Of a stretch of DNA of 64,000 bases, positions 43,544 to 57,580 are shown in pieces. The notes below the pieces were generated by a model, which had not been told where the DNA came from, made no database searches, and worked only from the letters and a program-made list of their open reading frames with translations. Source of the DNA: the human T2T-CHM13v2.0 reference genome, Homo sapiens. The stretch's first letter is position 1; each line of letters opens with the position of its first letter. The DNA lies in the NCBI RefSeq assembly GCF_009914755.1, contig NC_060931.1; one strand, 5' to 3'. The position numbers and the translations under genes were made by a program.

Positions 43544-44284
43544 TCAGCTGAAGACTCAAAAGTCCTTCCATTGCCTAGCAGTGGAGGTTCCCTCCTGTGC
43601 CATATTGTTCTCCAGTAGCGGCAGGACGTCTGACAATACGTCTGAATGCATTCTCATGTTTAATAATGAGTGCTGATCGAGGCTGTTTTCAGAAGTCAGT
43701 CGACTTTAACTTCAAGCCAAGTCTGGGACATCGTAAAATAGAGGCCAGGACTCCCACATTTTATAAAACTTGATAGTATTAATGGTGTTTCCTGTTTGGG
43801 TCTTCAGCTTGCTACTTCCATGATAAAGTCCTACATGAATAATATATAATTCTGTAAGGCTTTCCAGTAAAGTTAAATAAAGAAGAAGGATTTGTTTAAT
43901 ATTGTTGGATTCAATGCTGAGTACTGACATAATGGGAAAATTATTCACAAACATTTCAGTCTTGAGAAAATACTTCCCATATTACCAATGCTTTGGCACA
44001 CCTGAGCTTACAAAAGCTACAATTCATACTTTCTGAGCACATGACCTTGTTCAAGACTTCTCCACACAAAAAAATTATCTGGAAATTCAATACCTATTAG
44101 CAGTGCTCTGAAAGTCAGTTTGCTGTAACAAATAAGGATAGATAGATATCTACCCATTTTCTTTTCACAATATTCAAGGAAATTTTCTGAGAAAATGCTC
44201 TGCTTATGGGCATTCCTGCCATTGAAATAGGTAGCGAGAATTTTACTTATTCAGGATTAGACTCAGGGAGATGAATGAATATTG

Positions 44285-44680
44285 GTTCGCTACGTACTAT
44301 TAACCTACCATATGCCAAGCATCGTGCTAGGGAATGTAAGAGTAAAGAGAGATGGTCTATGCTCTCAAAGAGTTTATAATTTAATGGAGGCAACACACAG
44401 ATGGATAATTATAATATACTGTGATACATACTTTGGTAAAATAAATAATATGCATTATGGTTGAGATTGAGATTAAGCAAGAAGAAATATTGGGATGGGT
44501 TGGAAGAGGTGTTGAAAAGCCTTCACTGGGGAATATCTTACATGAGATTTGTGCTAAGTTGTAAGAACAGGTAGGAATTATCCAGGTACATGGGAGTGGT
44601 GCAGGAATGGAAAGGACAACCCAAGCAGAGTAAACAGAGACATACGCAAGCACAGTGTGTTGAGCTAACTAAAAATAGGC
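44285..44680 (-). mobile_element. L2 fragment
   Basis: acctaccatatgccaagcatcgtgctaggg...tgctctcaaagagtttataatttaatgg. Confidence 0.6.
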
Positions 44681-44909
44681 TTAAATGAAGTATGTATGTA
44701 GCTGAAAAGGTAGGTACTTCCTGGTAGGCCTAGAGAAAGATAGCTACTAAAAAGTATCGGTCACCCACCGAGATTTTATTTATGTAATTGTAATTTATTT
44801 TGCCTTGAAAGCATTTTACTAGGTTAATCCTTGGAGATGGGAGAGATTAGTCATCCACACCATAATGTCAAATAGTTTAATCAGTTTGCTACCCTAAAAT
44901 TTGGTCTAG

Positions 44910-45446
44910 ATGGGGTCGGCAAACTTTTTTATCTAAAATACCAGATTATAGGTATTTTTTCTCTTGCAAGCTGACTTAGTTCATTCTGCACTGCTATAAC
45001 ATAATACTTGAGACTGAGTAACTTATAAAGAACAGAAATTTATTTCTCACAGTTCTGGAGGCTGGGAATCTCAAGAACAAGTCACCAGTATCTGGTGTCT
45101 GGTGAGGGTCTGGTTGCTCCTTCCAAGATGGCACATTGAATGCTGCATCCTCTGGAGGGGAGGAACGCTGTTCCTCACATGGCAGAAGAGCAAAAAAGAG
45201 CAAATCTTCTCCTGCAAGCCCTTTTCATAATGGCATTATTCCAACCTAAATATTTCCCATTAGACCCCATCTCCCAAAGCTGTTCCATTGGAGATTTGGC
45301 TTTCAACATACAAACTTAGAGGAGTCAAACACATTCAAACCGTAGCACAAGCCACACAGTTTTCGTTGCAACTACTCAACTCAACACTTGTATCATGAAA
45401 GCAGCCAGAAGCAACATGTAAACAAATGGGTGTGACTGTGGTCCAA
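44910..45446 (+). mobile_element. MER58A hAT-Charlie element split by an LTR
   Basis: ggggtcggcaaactttt...|...gcaactactcaactc...aaagcagcca...gtaaacaaatgggtgtgactgtggtccaat. Confidence 0.8.
44972..45347 (-). mobile_element. MaLR solo LTR (MSTD/MLT1A-like)
   Basis: TG...CA termini and exact 5-bp TSD CAAGC (44967-44971, 45348-45352); aaatttatttctcacagttctggaggctggga. Confidence 0.88.
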
Positions 45447-48400
45447 TTTAACAAGAATTAAGAAAACAGGAGACTTCCCCAAGGTCTCTACTAAGTAGGA
45501 GAGCTGTGAATTAAACCAAAGGCTTTGGCTTCCTAAAATAGTGCCCCTTCCTAGCCATGCTGACCCCAGTGACAAACTCCTAACTTTGAATATCTGTCTG
45601 GGCAGCCCTTCTCCCTCAGTTTTTCCCCCAGAAGCCATATAAGAAGCTTTTCTTCCGTTTGAAAAATGATGCTGAAGAAAGAAGGGAAGCCCTGCTTGAT
45701 TCATCGAGGCAGGAGGTAGAAATTCTAAACTGCTAATTGGTTCTTTTTGTTCCTGGGGTAAGCCTCCCTTTCAACTTTACATTGTCAAGCATTGGACTTT
45801 CCTCCTCATCTGCCTGGCCTGTGCGTGGCACACAGGTGTACAGGAAAGTAGTTTTGGCTGTGTGCAAGTTCCAGGAAACACTCCAAATCTGAATTTATTT
45901 TCCTCCCTTTACACCAGCCTCCAAATATGGTAAATCATAGTTAGGGTTGAAGCCTAGACATAAAGGCCTATTTAACACATTACATAGCTGGAATATAGCA
46001 CTATCCCACTGCTAAAAGTTCTGTCATGTTTAGTAAATGCACAGGTCTTGGACCATGAAACTCACTCTGAGAGGCATGAAAATATTCAAGAACTGGGGAT
46101 CCCAGGACTATTATTTTGGGGTGGAGTGCGGGGGAGAATAAAACTGGCTACCTAATAATTTATTTCTCTCATTCCTTTTCCATATTTGAATTTTAGAAAG
46201 TCTATAAAGCTCAGAGGGAATTTGTTCATTCCACACACTTTATGAATCCCTTTTTTGTGCACTTCCCATGTCAGAACCACACAATAAAGCAACCATTACT
46301 TGCCAATTGCATGAACTTTGGTCTCAAATGGGTCATGGGTCAGTTTCAAACAAAGCACTAAATGTGAAATGATAAGCAACTTCCATGCCTATGATATTAC
46401 GAGATTTTATTTTTCACATAGTGGACACAATGGCATAGTTTTGTCTTTATTTTTCAGTTAATGACGATAATGTGGATATTGCTCAAAGTCTGGAACAGGT
46501 CTAACAATTCTGCTGAAGACGTAAACTTTTCAGCATTACACAGTTCAATAAATATGCCTTTTCTTCCTAATCATTTAATGAAAATTTTCTTGTAAATTTT
46601 CATGAATAGTAAAGGATTTCATAAGAAAAAGGCCATTGACAAAATTTGACTTATATAACGGAAAAACCTAACACATTGAAAGTTATAAAACTGGTCACTT
46701 AAGACATGGTTGCACACATTTGTGCTAATGCTACAGGTACTAATGCAAAAAGTAATAATTTTTAAAGCCTCAACTTAGTCAAACTTTCTATCATTTATAT
46801 AATTCATACAATAAGTGCTAAATATCACAAGTTTGACATTTAAAAGCTAGAGAAGGTGTTTATAACAAGGTGAATACTATAGCTTTAGTATTAAGATATG
46901 TAAATGAATTTGAGCTCATGACTAAAAAGTGTTCAAATCCATCCAGTTTTGTAAATAATCAAGTGCTACAAACAGTATGACTGTAGCATTAGATTTTTGG
47001 ATTGTAACCAAGTGTCTCTAACAAAATTCCCAGTCCTTTGCATGCACTGCTAACCCTCAGTGGTTCTGATTATTCTAAAGGGCTTATGAGTTTTGTTTCA
47101 TGATAACCCACAAGCCTAGAATCAAATAATATAGTTCTGACCCAATTTATAAGTCTAATAACTATAGGTTATATGCTCACTTTTAAAAAATTATAATTAT
47201 TTTAAAAATATAATTTTATGAATTACATAAATGATATAAATGATAGCTTGACTAAATTGAAGCCCTCACAATTATCGCCATTACTATTATTTTACCCTAA
47301 TACTTGCAGCATAAGCAGTAAATGTGAGCAAACAAATCTTAACACTCACAAGTTTTATAAGTTTTAAAGTGTTAGATTTCTCATGCATAAAGCAGATTTT
47401 GTTAATGGCTTTTTAAAAAAAATAAATTATTTTAAATAAGATTCACAAAATTATTGATGACATTGTTTTTCCTTTCAGGCAAAATTGCTAGTTTAGTTCA
47501 CAGAACTACTAACTGCAAGGTCAGTTTCGTTTACAACTTTTAAGTTTTACTTGTAAATATTTATTCTGAATAGCCTTTTTGAAACATTGAAGATCACAAA
47601 AATCTCCTCCTTTCATTTTATAACAATTCATAACTTATTTTAAGGTACACAAAATAATGTAAACCACTAACTGTTTGCCTTTTCTGTAAAAATAGAATTC
47701 AAGTCAAAGGTATTCATAATTGTGTTCTCTATTTGGCATGATTAAGTTCATACCTTTGGGGGTCATAGGCTGAGAAAGCTGGCAAAGTACCTATATTTTA
47801 TACTATAGTGTATGACTCTTACACGTTGCACTGAAATACTCTCAGAGTTAAATATCCATGCAATTGAGATTGCCCATCAAATGTGATATATATAATACAA
47901 GGGTTGATTTCCTAACTCTCCTTTCATGAAAACACAATCCAACCCCTGCAGTGGGTGAGCCGTGATTCTTCCAAGAGCCATTTAAAGTGCCTGAGTGAGG
48001 ATTTTCTCCAAGAATAGGGCAATTTGAAGGCTCCCCATGAGTTGAGGTGAGGTGAGAAATGCTTCCCAGTCAGAGAGCCCAGGGCCAGGGCATCCCACAG
48101 TAGGCACAACACACTCTTTTGCCTAAGGGATCCATGCTCTCTGACCTGGGTGGCCAAGCTGATCCTTACTCAGGGGTGACAGAGGATGGTGAGTGATGTG
48201 AGGTCAGGAGCTTTGCTTGCTGACTCCAAAACCCCAAACTTTGGAAGTCAATAAGCAGCACTTTCTGGGAACTCAGCTATGGGCTTCTGCCATAGTCCTC
48301 CCTGATTCTGTTAATCATTGAGCTCTCTTTTTCCAAATTTAAGAATGAGTCATTGCTTTAACTCTAGGGCAGCCCGATAAAGGTTCAGCATCAATGGCCT

Positions 48401-49428
48401 GCCCTGTGATTTCCAGGTCAAAGGAAAAGAAAAAAAGAGAGGAAAATGACAACTGCCAACTTAAGAGAGGCCTGTGAAGAGCGTTTCTGCTGAAAAATAA
48501 TGCTGACCTCCAAATGACCTTCAGTACAATAGTGCTTCTGCTCAAGGATAAACTGAACCTAGGTTAAGGTCTAACATCTTAGATCTTTTCTTTTAACTGC
48601 CATATTTTGACATTTGCTAATATTTGATACGAATGGCTAATTTTGATTGGGACACCTAAGATAGAAAATCACATAGAAATCTTCCAAGATTTTGAAGGTC
48701 CTGGCTTAGTGATTACATCATCCAGTGCTTACTATTGATATGACAGGCCATGATTTGTTGACTTGGAGATATTTATTTTGTTACAGTCATTTCAAACATC
48801 CGATTGCTAGTAATTTTTGGATAGCTTGAAACCATAGTAAGTTTTTTTCTCGGCCAAGTTAGATACAAACAGGGAAATCTGAACTTAGGGAATATATCAC
48901 ATTCAAATACTTGATAATCAAAATAGTTTTCCTTATTATCCCAGCAGATGAAATTTTCAGAGCTCAAATCAGAGTGGAATATGTTAAAGTAGGTCAAATG
49001 TATGGTTTTTGTAGTCAGATATCTTGTTTAATTACTAATTTTTAAAAAAATACACAAAGTTGGAGTTCAGGGCCTGAGAAAGCCCCGAGGTCACATTTTA
49101 CCATGAACCAGGCAAACCATATATGCTGCCCCATATCCCAATGAGCAATCCATTGCTGCTGAAATCTATTTGATAAATCGGTTATTATTGAATGATAAAC
49201 TATTAAGCAGGGGTTAAGGAAACAAAAACACAGTAAGTGACATATAAGTAGATGAGTTATCAGACCAAGAATTTAATTCTAGTACAGTTTCGGGCCAAAA
49301 GTTTTACATTTTCATAATGTTTTATAACTAAGAAAGTATTTGCATATACAAGGACTCATTTTATTTAAACCTCATGATAAACTCCTGTGGCTGGTGTTAC
49401 CATTTCATTCTACAGATGCAGATGGTGA

Positions 49429-49827
49429 AGATATAGTTTGAATCCATGTCCTTACTCAAATTTCATGTCAAATTATAATCCCCAATGTTGGAGGTAGGGC
49501 ATGGTGGGGAGGTGATTGGATCATGAATGTGGTTTCTCATGAATGGTTTACCACTATCCCCTTGGTGCTGTTTTGATAGTGAGTGAGTTCTCATGAGTTG
49601 TTTAAAAGTGTGTAGCATCTACCCCTACCCCTTGCTCCTGCCATGTAAGACACCTGCTCCCACTTTGCCTCTGCCAAGAGTAAAAGCTTCCTGAGGCCTC
49701 CCCAAAAGCAGAAGCCACTAAGATTCCTGTAGCACCTGCAGAACCGTGAGCCAACTAAACCTCTTTTCCTTATAAATTACCCAGTCTCAGATGTTCCTTT
49801 ATAGCAATGTGAGAACAGGCTAATATA
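49429..49827 (+). mobile_element. MSTB-like MaLR solo LTR inserted in a MIR
   Basis: gatatagtttg...taatccccaatgttggagg...taaacctcttttccttataaattacccagtctcag...ctaatata. Confidence 0.88.
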
Positions 49828-50299
49828 GTGACACTCAGTGAGTTTAAGAGCATGCAATAGATATTCATTCATTCAAATAGTTATTAGTCGAGTGCCTACA
49901 ATGTGCCAGGGACATGTAGTAACTAGCCAGAACCTGAACTTGGTTTGGATAACTAAACCTATTGTCGAAAACATTGTTTCAAAGAACACTAAGAAGCAGG
50001 CAGCAGCTTCCAATCTATTAAGTTTGTCACATTAGTTGACATCTCTTTGCCTCCCAGCACTGTGCCAAGCTACTTTTGACAGTCTAATGGATAGAAAGCA
50101 ATGACTTTATCAACCCCTGAAATACTAATTATAGGCAAACTGTGAGATAGTGCTGAGAGGCAGCTATCCCCATCTCACCACAGGGTCTTTCTCTGTACTT
50201 GCTCTCCTCTATGACTGTCTCACCTTTTCCACTTCAACTCACTCCTATTTGAAAAGCAATCTGAAACAAAAGCAGATTCTTTCAAAAAACTTGATTAAG

Positions 50300-52860
50300 A
50301 AAAGGAAGAAAGAAAAATATACGTGTTTAAAATGAGAGATTTAACCACAGATGTAGGAGAGACTACATTTCTGTTGAAAAGTATATGCAACTCTATGGAA
50401 ATAAAATTGAAAATTTAGAGGAAAGTGGTAAATTTCCAACAAAATATAAGTTACTAAAATTAGCCTAAGAAAGAATAAAAACCTAAACAAACCAATAAAC
50501 ATAGAAGATAACTAAAGCCATGCTTTGAAGAAAAGATACAGGCCCAGGTGGTGTTACAGATATATCTAGTCTTTAAAAACTGATAATTCATGTTATTTAA
50601 TGTACACTAGCTTATAGAAAATACATTAATCTCCATTTTATACAATTAGAAATACCTGTTTAACAAAACCCAATAGTACAACATAGATGAAAATTTTAAA
50701 TAAAATATTACCAATCTAATCCAACAATAAATGAAAAGAGCAACAATTGGAGTTTATTCTAGATACTCAAGGATAGTACAATGTTAAACATTCTTTTCAG
50801 ATAGTTCATTACACCAACAAATTGAGTGTGAAAATGCATATTGTTATGACTATAACAATAGTATACAAAATGGGATGTATAAAAATTCACCATATATAAT
50901 TTTTAAAACCTCTAAATAAAATAGAAGTAGAAAGTAAATAAAACAGAAGTAGAAAGAAAATATAATAGACTATTTGCCACACACCAAATTAAGAGCCAGC
51001 ATCAAGCTAAACAGTAAAATGCTAATGTCATTTCTATTAAAACCAGAAACAAGGCAGAAAGCCAACATCAACATTCTCATTCAACATCATTTTAGAGCTA
51101 ATGCACTAAAGAAAAAAATGAAATAATGCATACAAATATTGGAAAATATTGGAAAATGAAAAAGTTATTCCTTTTTGCAGAACGTGAGTATAGACTTAGA
51201 AATCCAAAGAGACTAATTTAATAAATTAACAGTACTAAAAAAAGAATGGATTTAAGGTAAGGTACAAAAATATTTAATTTCTGTTTATACTAGCAATAAC
51301 CAATAGAATAGAATAACATAGCATATTAGAAATATCATTCACAATAGCAATAATTATGACAAAATATACATGACAAAAATATAAAATTATACTAAAGACA
51401 TAAATCAAGACTTGAATGAATTGAATGTATACCGTGATCCTGAATGAGGAGCTTTAACATCATAAAATGTTACCCTTTCAAAATTAACATGTAAATTTTA
51501 TTCAATTCAAATATACATATTTTGGAGTTGAGTAACATTTCAAAGGTCAACTGAAAGCATCTGAGAATAGCCAAGAAGACTCAAAAAATATTTTTATATG
51601 GGGCTAGCCTTATTAGATATTAAACCTACTTCAATGTACTGTAATAAAAGGAATAGACAATAAAATGTGGAATTAAATAGAGAGTAAAATAAAAACTATG
51701 TATATATGGGATCCTGATAAATGTCAGTGGAAAGCAGGTTTTGTTTAATATGTGATACAAGATGGGCATGGTGGTGCATGCATACCTGTAATCCCAGCTA
51801 CTGAGGCTGAGGTGGAAGGATTGCTTAAACCCAGGAGTTCAAGACCAGCCTGGGGAATATAGTGAGAATCCATCTCAAAAAGAAAAATAAAGGAATAAAA
51901 TAGAAAATAGAAAATACATCGTGCAAATACAGTAGGCTAGTCATGGAGAAAAAAGTTCTTAGTTTGCATAACTGTTGAGCAGAGGAAATTTTCATGCGCA
52001 AGACAGAAAACTCAGGAGCCATTAAGTAAACTAATAAATGTAGATTCTATATGACAATTTAAAAGGCTTTTAGAGCAAAATACAGTATACAAATAATACC
52101 AGTAAACAAAAAATATTGATCTACTCTGTACCAAATGCTATACTACATGTTTCACATTTATTAATTCATTTAATCCTCATTCCATTCTATGAACTAAGCA
52201 TGATTTTCATTTCCACATTTCAGAAGATAAATCTACAGCCTCAGATCACACACCAATAAATAATAAACCTAAAATCTGAACCTAGACAGTCTGGCTCTAG
52301 AAACTGGGCACTACACTAAGATGCCACTCACATCATTCATTGACTTGGAAAATATATTTGCAATATATAAGACCACCAATTATACCACAAATACACAATA
52401 AATTCTATAAATTAATAATAGTAATGAAAGACAAGCAACCAATAGAAACACTGATGAAGGAGATGAATGATTAATTCACAAAACAGGAAATTCAAGTGGC
52501 CAATAATCATAAAAAATTTACCCTACTGGGCAAATACAAATAAAAGCAGTAGGCAAATTATGAAGAATGACAAAATCCAGTGCTATCAAGGATGTGGGGA
52601 AACAATCACATTCAGATATTGCTGGTGGAAATATGAGGATGAATTGTCACACTTTTAAAATCTGGCCATATGGCTGAAAATGCAGTATGTATATATACTC
52701 TTTCACTCAGCAATCTCACTTTTGAGTATGTATCTTATCCAAGTAAAAACACAAGAATGTAAGACTACAATGTAAGAATATTTATTACAACATTGTAATA
52801 AGTATTACATTGTCACAGTGTCAATTTTAAGGAATATTATATAGCTGTTAAAAAGAAAAA
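50300..52860 (+). mobile_element. Long degraded L1M ORF2/3' remnant (with FLAM and MIR inserts)
   Basis: Collinear ORF2-like phrases: caactctatggaaataaaattgaaaatttagaggaa...caggcccagg...ctagcaataaccaa...caaggatgtggggaaac. Confidence 0.75.
51763..51890 (+). mobile_element. FLAM-type Alu monomer
   Basis: Single monomer ending ...ccatctcaaaaa. Confidence 0.85.
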
Positions 52861-52866
52861 AGGAAG

Positions 52867-53170
52867 GGCTGGGCACAGTGGATCACATCTGTAATCACAA
52901 CACTTTGGGAAGTTGAGGTGGAAGGATCACCTGAACCCAAGAGTTCCAGACCAGCCTGGGCAAGACAGTGAGACATAGTGAGACACTGTCTCTACAAAAA
53001 ACTTAAAAATTAGCTGGCCATGGTTGTGCATGCCTATAGTACTAGCTGCTCAGGAAGCTAAGGTAGGAGGATTGCTTGAGCCCAGGAGATGGAGGCTGGA
53101 GTGAGCCATAATTGCACCACTGCATTGCAGCCTGAATGAGAAAGTGAAACCCTGTCTCTTAAAAAATAAA
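52867..53170 (+). mobile_element. AluJ
   Basis: Dimer with small internal duplication agtgagaca-t-agtgagaca. Confidence 0.9.
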
Positions 53171-53420
53171 TTAAGACATATCTATTATTTTTGGGGGAGT
53201 CCATGTATTGTTTAGCAAGAAGACAATTATCAAATAATGTATAAAATATCCTCCCATTTAGAGAAATCAGACAAAGATATTATTTGCTTTTATTGGAGCA
53301 CTGAGAAAGGCTATTAATTTCATTCATATTGGTTTCCCTTGGGAGTGAAATAAAGGAGGAGAGTGTAGAGACTATTGCCCTTTCCCAGATAGATGGACAA
53401 GAGGTGGAGAGGAAGCAGTG

Positions 53421-53468
<48 letters not shown>
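53421..53468 (+). repeat. (GA)n microsatellite
   Basis: Direct reading; one interruption. Confidence 0.93.
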
Positions 53469-53472
<4 letters not shown>

Positions 53473-53502
53473 CCTACTTGAAAAACAAAATCTGAAAGTA
53501 AA

Positions 53503-53590
53503 TGCTTTGATATGCAAAGAAAATTCCTGGAAAATTCACAAGAATGTGCTTTGATATGCAAAGAAAATTTCTGGAAGATACACAAGAATG
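53503..53590 (+). repeat. Tandem duplication of 44 bp (41/44 identical)
   Basis: tgctttgatatgcaaagaaaatt(c/t)ctggaa(a/g)at(t/a)cacaagaatg twice. Confidence 0.9.
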
Positions 53591-55664
53591 GAGTGGAATT
53601 AGAGAATGAGTAAGGGAATGAAACTTCTCTTAATACCCCTTTGTTTTGTCTTGGTTGAATTTGGTTTTTGAACAAGGAACACTTATTTATTCATCGTTTA
53701 AAATCTGGCAAACTAATTCTAATGGTTGAAAGTAGCTTAATGTCACCTTTCAAGGAATATTTAAATTTTAATGAACAACTCTGAACTCTGAAGAATCAGT
53801 CTATTTCTAATAGATCATCAGGGCCATTTAGAGAGGAACTCCTCAAGACACACCATATGGACCTACTAAGTTGGTCTGCCTACTCACATTGTTTTCAAAT
53901 ATTTCTTGTCAAACATACAGAACTTCAGTTCGTAAAAGCTTTTGCTCTCAGGATTTCATGGAAGCTAGGAAGGTTATATTTAATATTGGGATAATAATCC
54001 ATGAAATGTGGAGATTGGTAAATGTATCATGTATGTCTGTTAACACTATTCATATTGCCTCGCTACAGATCATTTTTTGTATCAGGCTGATTCACAGATC
54101 AGAAAGAAACACAAATCTCTATGTGTGGTTTTGTTGTCAAACCTATTTGTTGTGTATCAGTCTCAAGGAAACTTAAAGTTGGAGATTGTATTTCACGAAG
54201 ATAGATATTATTAAGAGCTATTTGTAACTATCTGATTTTAAGTTACCAGTAGAAGGTAGACCTTGATCACATAAAGCAACAGATGGTAACATTAAGAAAA
54301 TAAATATTCTGCTGTTAATGCTTATAGGCAACTTCAGCAGGTGAAAATTATAATAATTAATAAAAGAAGAAATCACTTGCATAAGTCAATGTTATAATAT
54401 CACAACTGGCTGGATATGGGGGAGCACAAAGCAACACTTAAAAGTTATTATTTAGAGGTCCTGAAATTCAATTTTTCTCTTTGCATTGTCTTAATAAATC
54501 ACACATCAAATAATACAGTTGAAAGAAAAAAATTCAATGAAATGAGAGTTGAATGCCAGGTTGAGTAGAAAATTTTAATTGGAGAATAATCGTCCTTACA
54601 GACACAGAAGACACTTATAGGTGAAGTTATCACTTTCTTTTTCTCTCCCATCTCAACTCCTAAAATGAAGTGATAATTACTTTAAAAGCAAAATGGTTCT
54701 GGATACATTGATAGGTATTTTTTCCCCAAAGACTATAAGTAGCAAATTTTAACACTTGATGAATCATGTTATTTCTCATCTCAATTAACAAACTATAATA
54801 GTTAGCAAAAAAATCTCCTGCGAGCTATTCATTTATCTCAGTACAAAATGTTTGAGGTTGAAATCTGGCCCAGAAAATGGAGCAGAAAGATTAGGAAATG
54901 GAAATCATGTAACTGTCATCGTGAGTAATATTCTGTTCTTCTGGACCTGAAACATAGCATTTGCACTAGAAATGCCTATACTTCCTTCTCAAGAAAAAAA
55001 AAGAAATCATCAAAACCTTAGAAACATAAATAAAAAATAGACAAACATTGAGTCTTCTAAATGAACTCATTGTGAGAGAGTTTTTATAACAAAAATGAAA
55101 AAAATATACTACATCAGGGTTTTTACAGAAATAGAATAAACACTTGCAACATTCATAGAACAGACAGAAGATAATTGTGGTCAATTATATTATACTCCTA
55201 CTCCTGCGAAAATATCGCACAGTCCAGGAAATGAGCTCTGAGATCCTTCCTGTATGTGGTAATATGTCCCAGGGAGCCTTATTGTCTATCAGATTCCCTG
55301 TTTTCACACAGTGGATATGTGTTTTTATTGATTTTTATGTACCACACCTTCTGTTCCACAATGGAGTTAAGATAGCTTAAAGAGATATATAAAGTGCAGT
55401 AGAACCTCATAAATTAAAACTTTGAGCATAGATGAAAAAATATGGATAGAAACGTAAATGGAGGCCAAAAAAGATACACTATAGTAGTCATGCTCTAGCT
55501 GTTGGTGAGCCACAGAATTTGGTGCTAAGCTTTCTAGCAGTGACAGAGAAAAGGAAGACATCAAACTCTAGCATATTTTTGGAAAAGGAAAAAACCCTGA
55601 TGAACCTTGAGTGTTGGTTTAAATTATTCTGTTTTTAATAGAAGCAAAAGTATAATAGTAGTTA

Positions 55665-55840
55665 GTGGAGATCTAATAGAGTGCTTACTAGAATTCCAGA
55701 TACTTTTCTTAGTACATTACATACACCAAATCATTTAATCTTCACAAAATCTAATTAAGTAGATAATCCTATTACCTCCTTTTTGTAGATTAGAAAGCCG
55801 AGAAACAAAGAGTTATATAACTTGCCCAAGATCATGCATC
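55665..55840. mobile_element. MIR
   Basis: gagtgcttacta...catttaatcttcacaa...aacttgcccaagatca. Confidence 0.75.
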
Positions 55841-57029
55841 AACATATAAGATGTTATTCAATGTGTACTTAGCTAAGCAAGGTATAAACTCTATGTGGTT
55901 ATAGCTTTTATGTATTCACCTATATGAAACAAATTTGATGGCATATAAGCAAAACTACAAAAACAAGGCAAGCTAATAACCTTAATTTTACATGATAAAT
56001 GGTGTTGTTTGAAACTAAGTCCTGCTTGCACTTAGTATAGAATTGAGTGCTGAGATGAAAGTTCATTCAAGTTTAGCGTGCTACAATTTGATGACTCAAT
56101 TCTCCCTCCATTTTTCTCTAATTAAACTACTGAGACACCTAGTTCATATGGCCTGTTGAGATACTGTTTGGCTTTCCTTTGGTGAGAAGACATCCTCAAT
56201 CTATCAAGCCCACCAGTGTTCTTTTCCTTTTACCTGGCAACAAATCAAGAAGTATCACTTGATATCAACTCTACTGGAAGCACAAACATGAACTCAGACA
56301 GTGAAACTGTGGACCAGTTTTAATTATAAGATGCAAATGATCAAAATATGCTTATATTAATTTGTTTTCTAGAATATCACTTAAAAACACAAAATTTATG
56401 TCTTCTTGTGAATAACTCTACTTTCCTTTTTTGGGAAATACTTTATGGAGAAACAATTTATAATGTTCTTCATTTTAAAAAATAAATTACTCAAGTATTA
56501 CTAATCTTCATACTAGAAGACAGTTATTTCTCATGGGACAAAGGAATATAAGGAGGACAGTGTCAAATTAACTACATTAATGATGGCTTTGGCAACCATC
56601 TTATGAAAAAAGACAAGTATTTGAAAATATAATGATGACATCACCCCAACAATCAACTCAGTAAGAGTAACCCTGATGATCTGGTTTTATTTGGGGGTAT
56701 TTTGAAGCAGGGGAAACAAAGCGTTAGGGAAAGAAGTTTGTGGCAATAAACTCAAAGATGTCAAATACCTCATTTCAGCTATTACATCTTGGCTTCCACA
56801 TAGTCTTCAATAGCAAGAAGGTCTTCTATAGAAAGCTAAAGAGCCAAATAGGAACTTGAACCTGAATAGACATGTTCCCTTTCACTCACAGGTTGAGAGA
56901 AGAATATTCTTTGGAAGTGTACCTCTAAGAATGTTTACTTGTATGATGTCTTTAAGCTTGGAAATCAACAAGATCTTAAAGATTCATTATGATTTCCATT
57001 TGTTTCCATTTTCAGTACTGTTACCCATT

Positions 57030-57580
57030 AGAATGTTTTAAAACTTAAGCATCATAAAATGTATTATCTCATATAATAAAAAGTCCAATGTTGGTGTGGC
57101 TTCCACAGTGACTGATTTAGCAGCTCAAGGAAGTCCAGGCCCCATATCTTTCTATCTCATTGCTTTCCTTCCATAGTGTGGACATTTTCCCCACAAGTTT
57201 CCCCCAAAAGTCAGGAGTATCATTGCTAGTAGTGAGAAAGTACATTATTCCTCATTCATATCCAGCAGACAACAAATGAGTTTCTCCACCAATTATACAA
57301 TAAAACTCCTTTAGTCTGATTGGCTAATCATAGGCCCCATTGCCAACAGAATTCCTGAGCTAATTGCTTAAACCATGTTACCTAACCAATCCAAGCAAGA
57401 GACATGAGATTACCATGATTGCCATAGACTAGTCAGAGCCCAACCGAGAAACTGGAGCTGGCATCACCTTCCCCTAAGTCAATTGGGCTGCACTTTGTGG
57501 ATGCCTGCATAAAATTAGAGTTCCAGTCTGGAGGGGAAAGTGGGGATAGGATGCTGAGTAAGCTATCAACAAATCTAGCA
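57030..57580 (-). mobile_element. MLT1J-like MaLR LTR
   Basis: ttatctcatataataaaaagtcc...ctgattggc...attaccatgattg...caccttcccct. Confidence 0.6.

Noticed and set aside
54084-54163. Weak inverted repeat aggctgattcaca / tgtgtatcagtct
   Set aside because: Only 11/13 pairing with a long poorly paired interior; compatible with chance.
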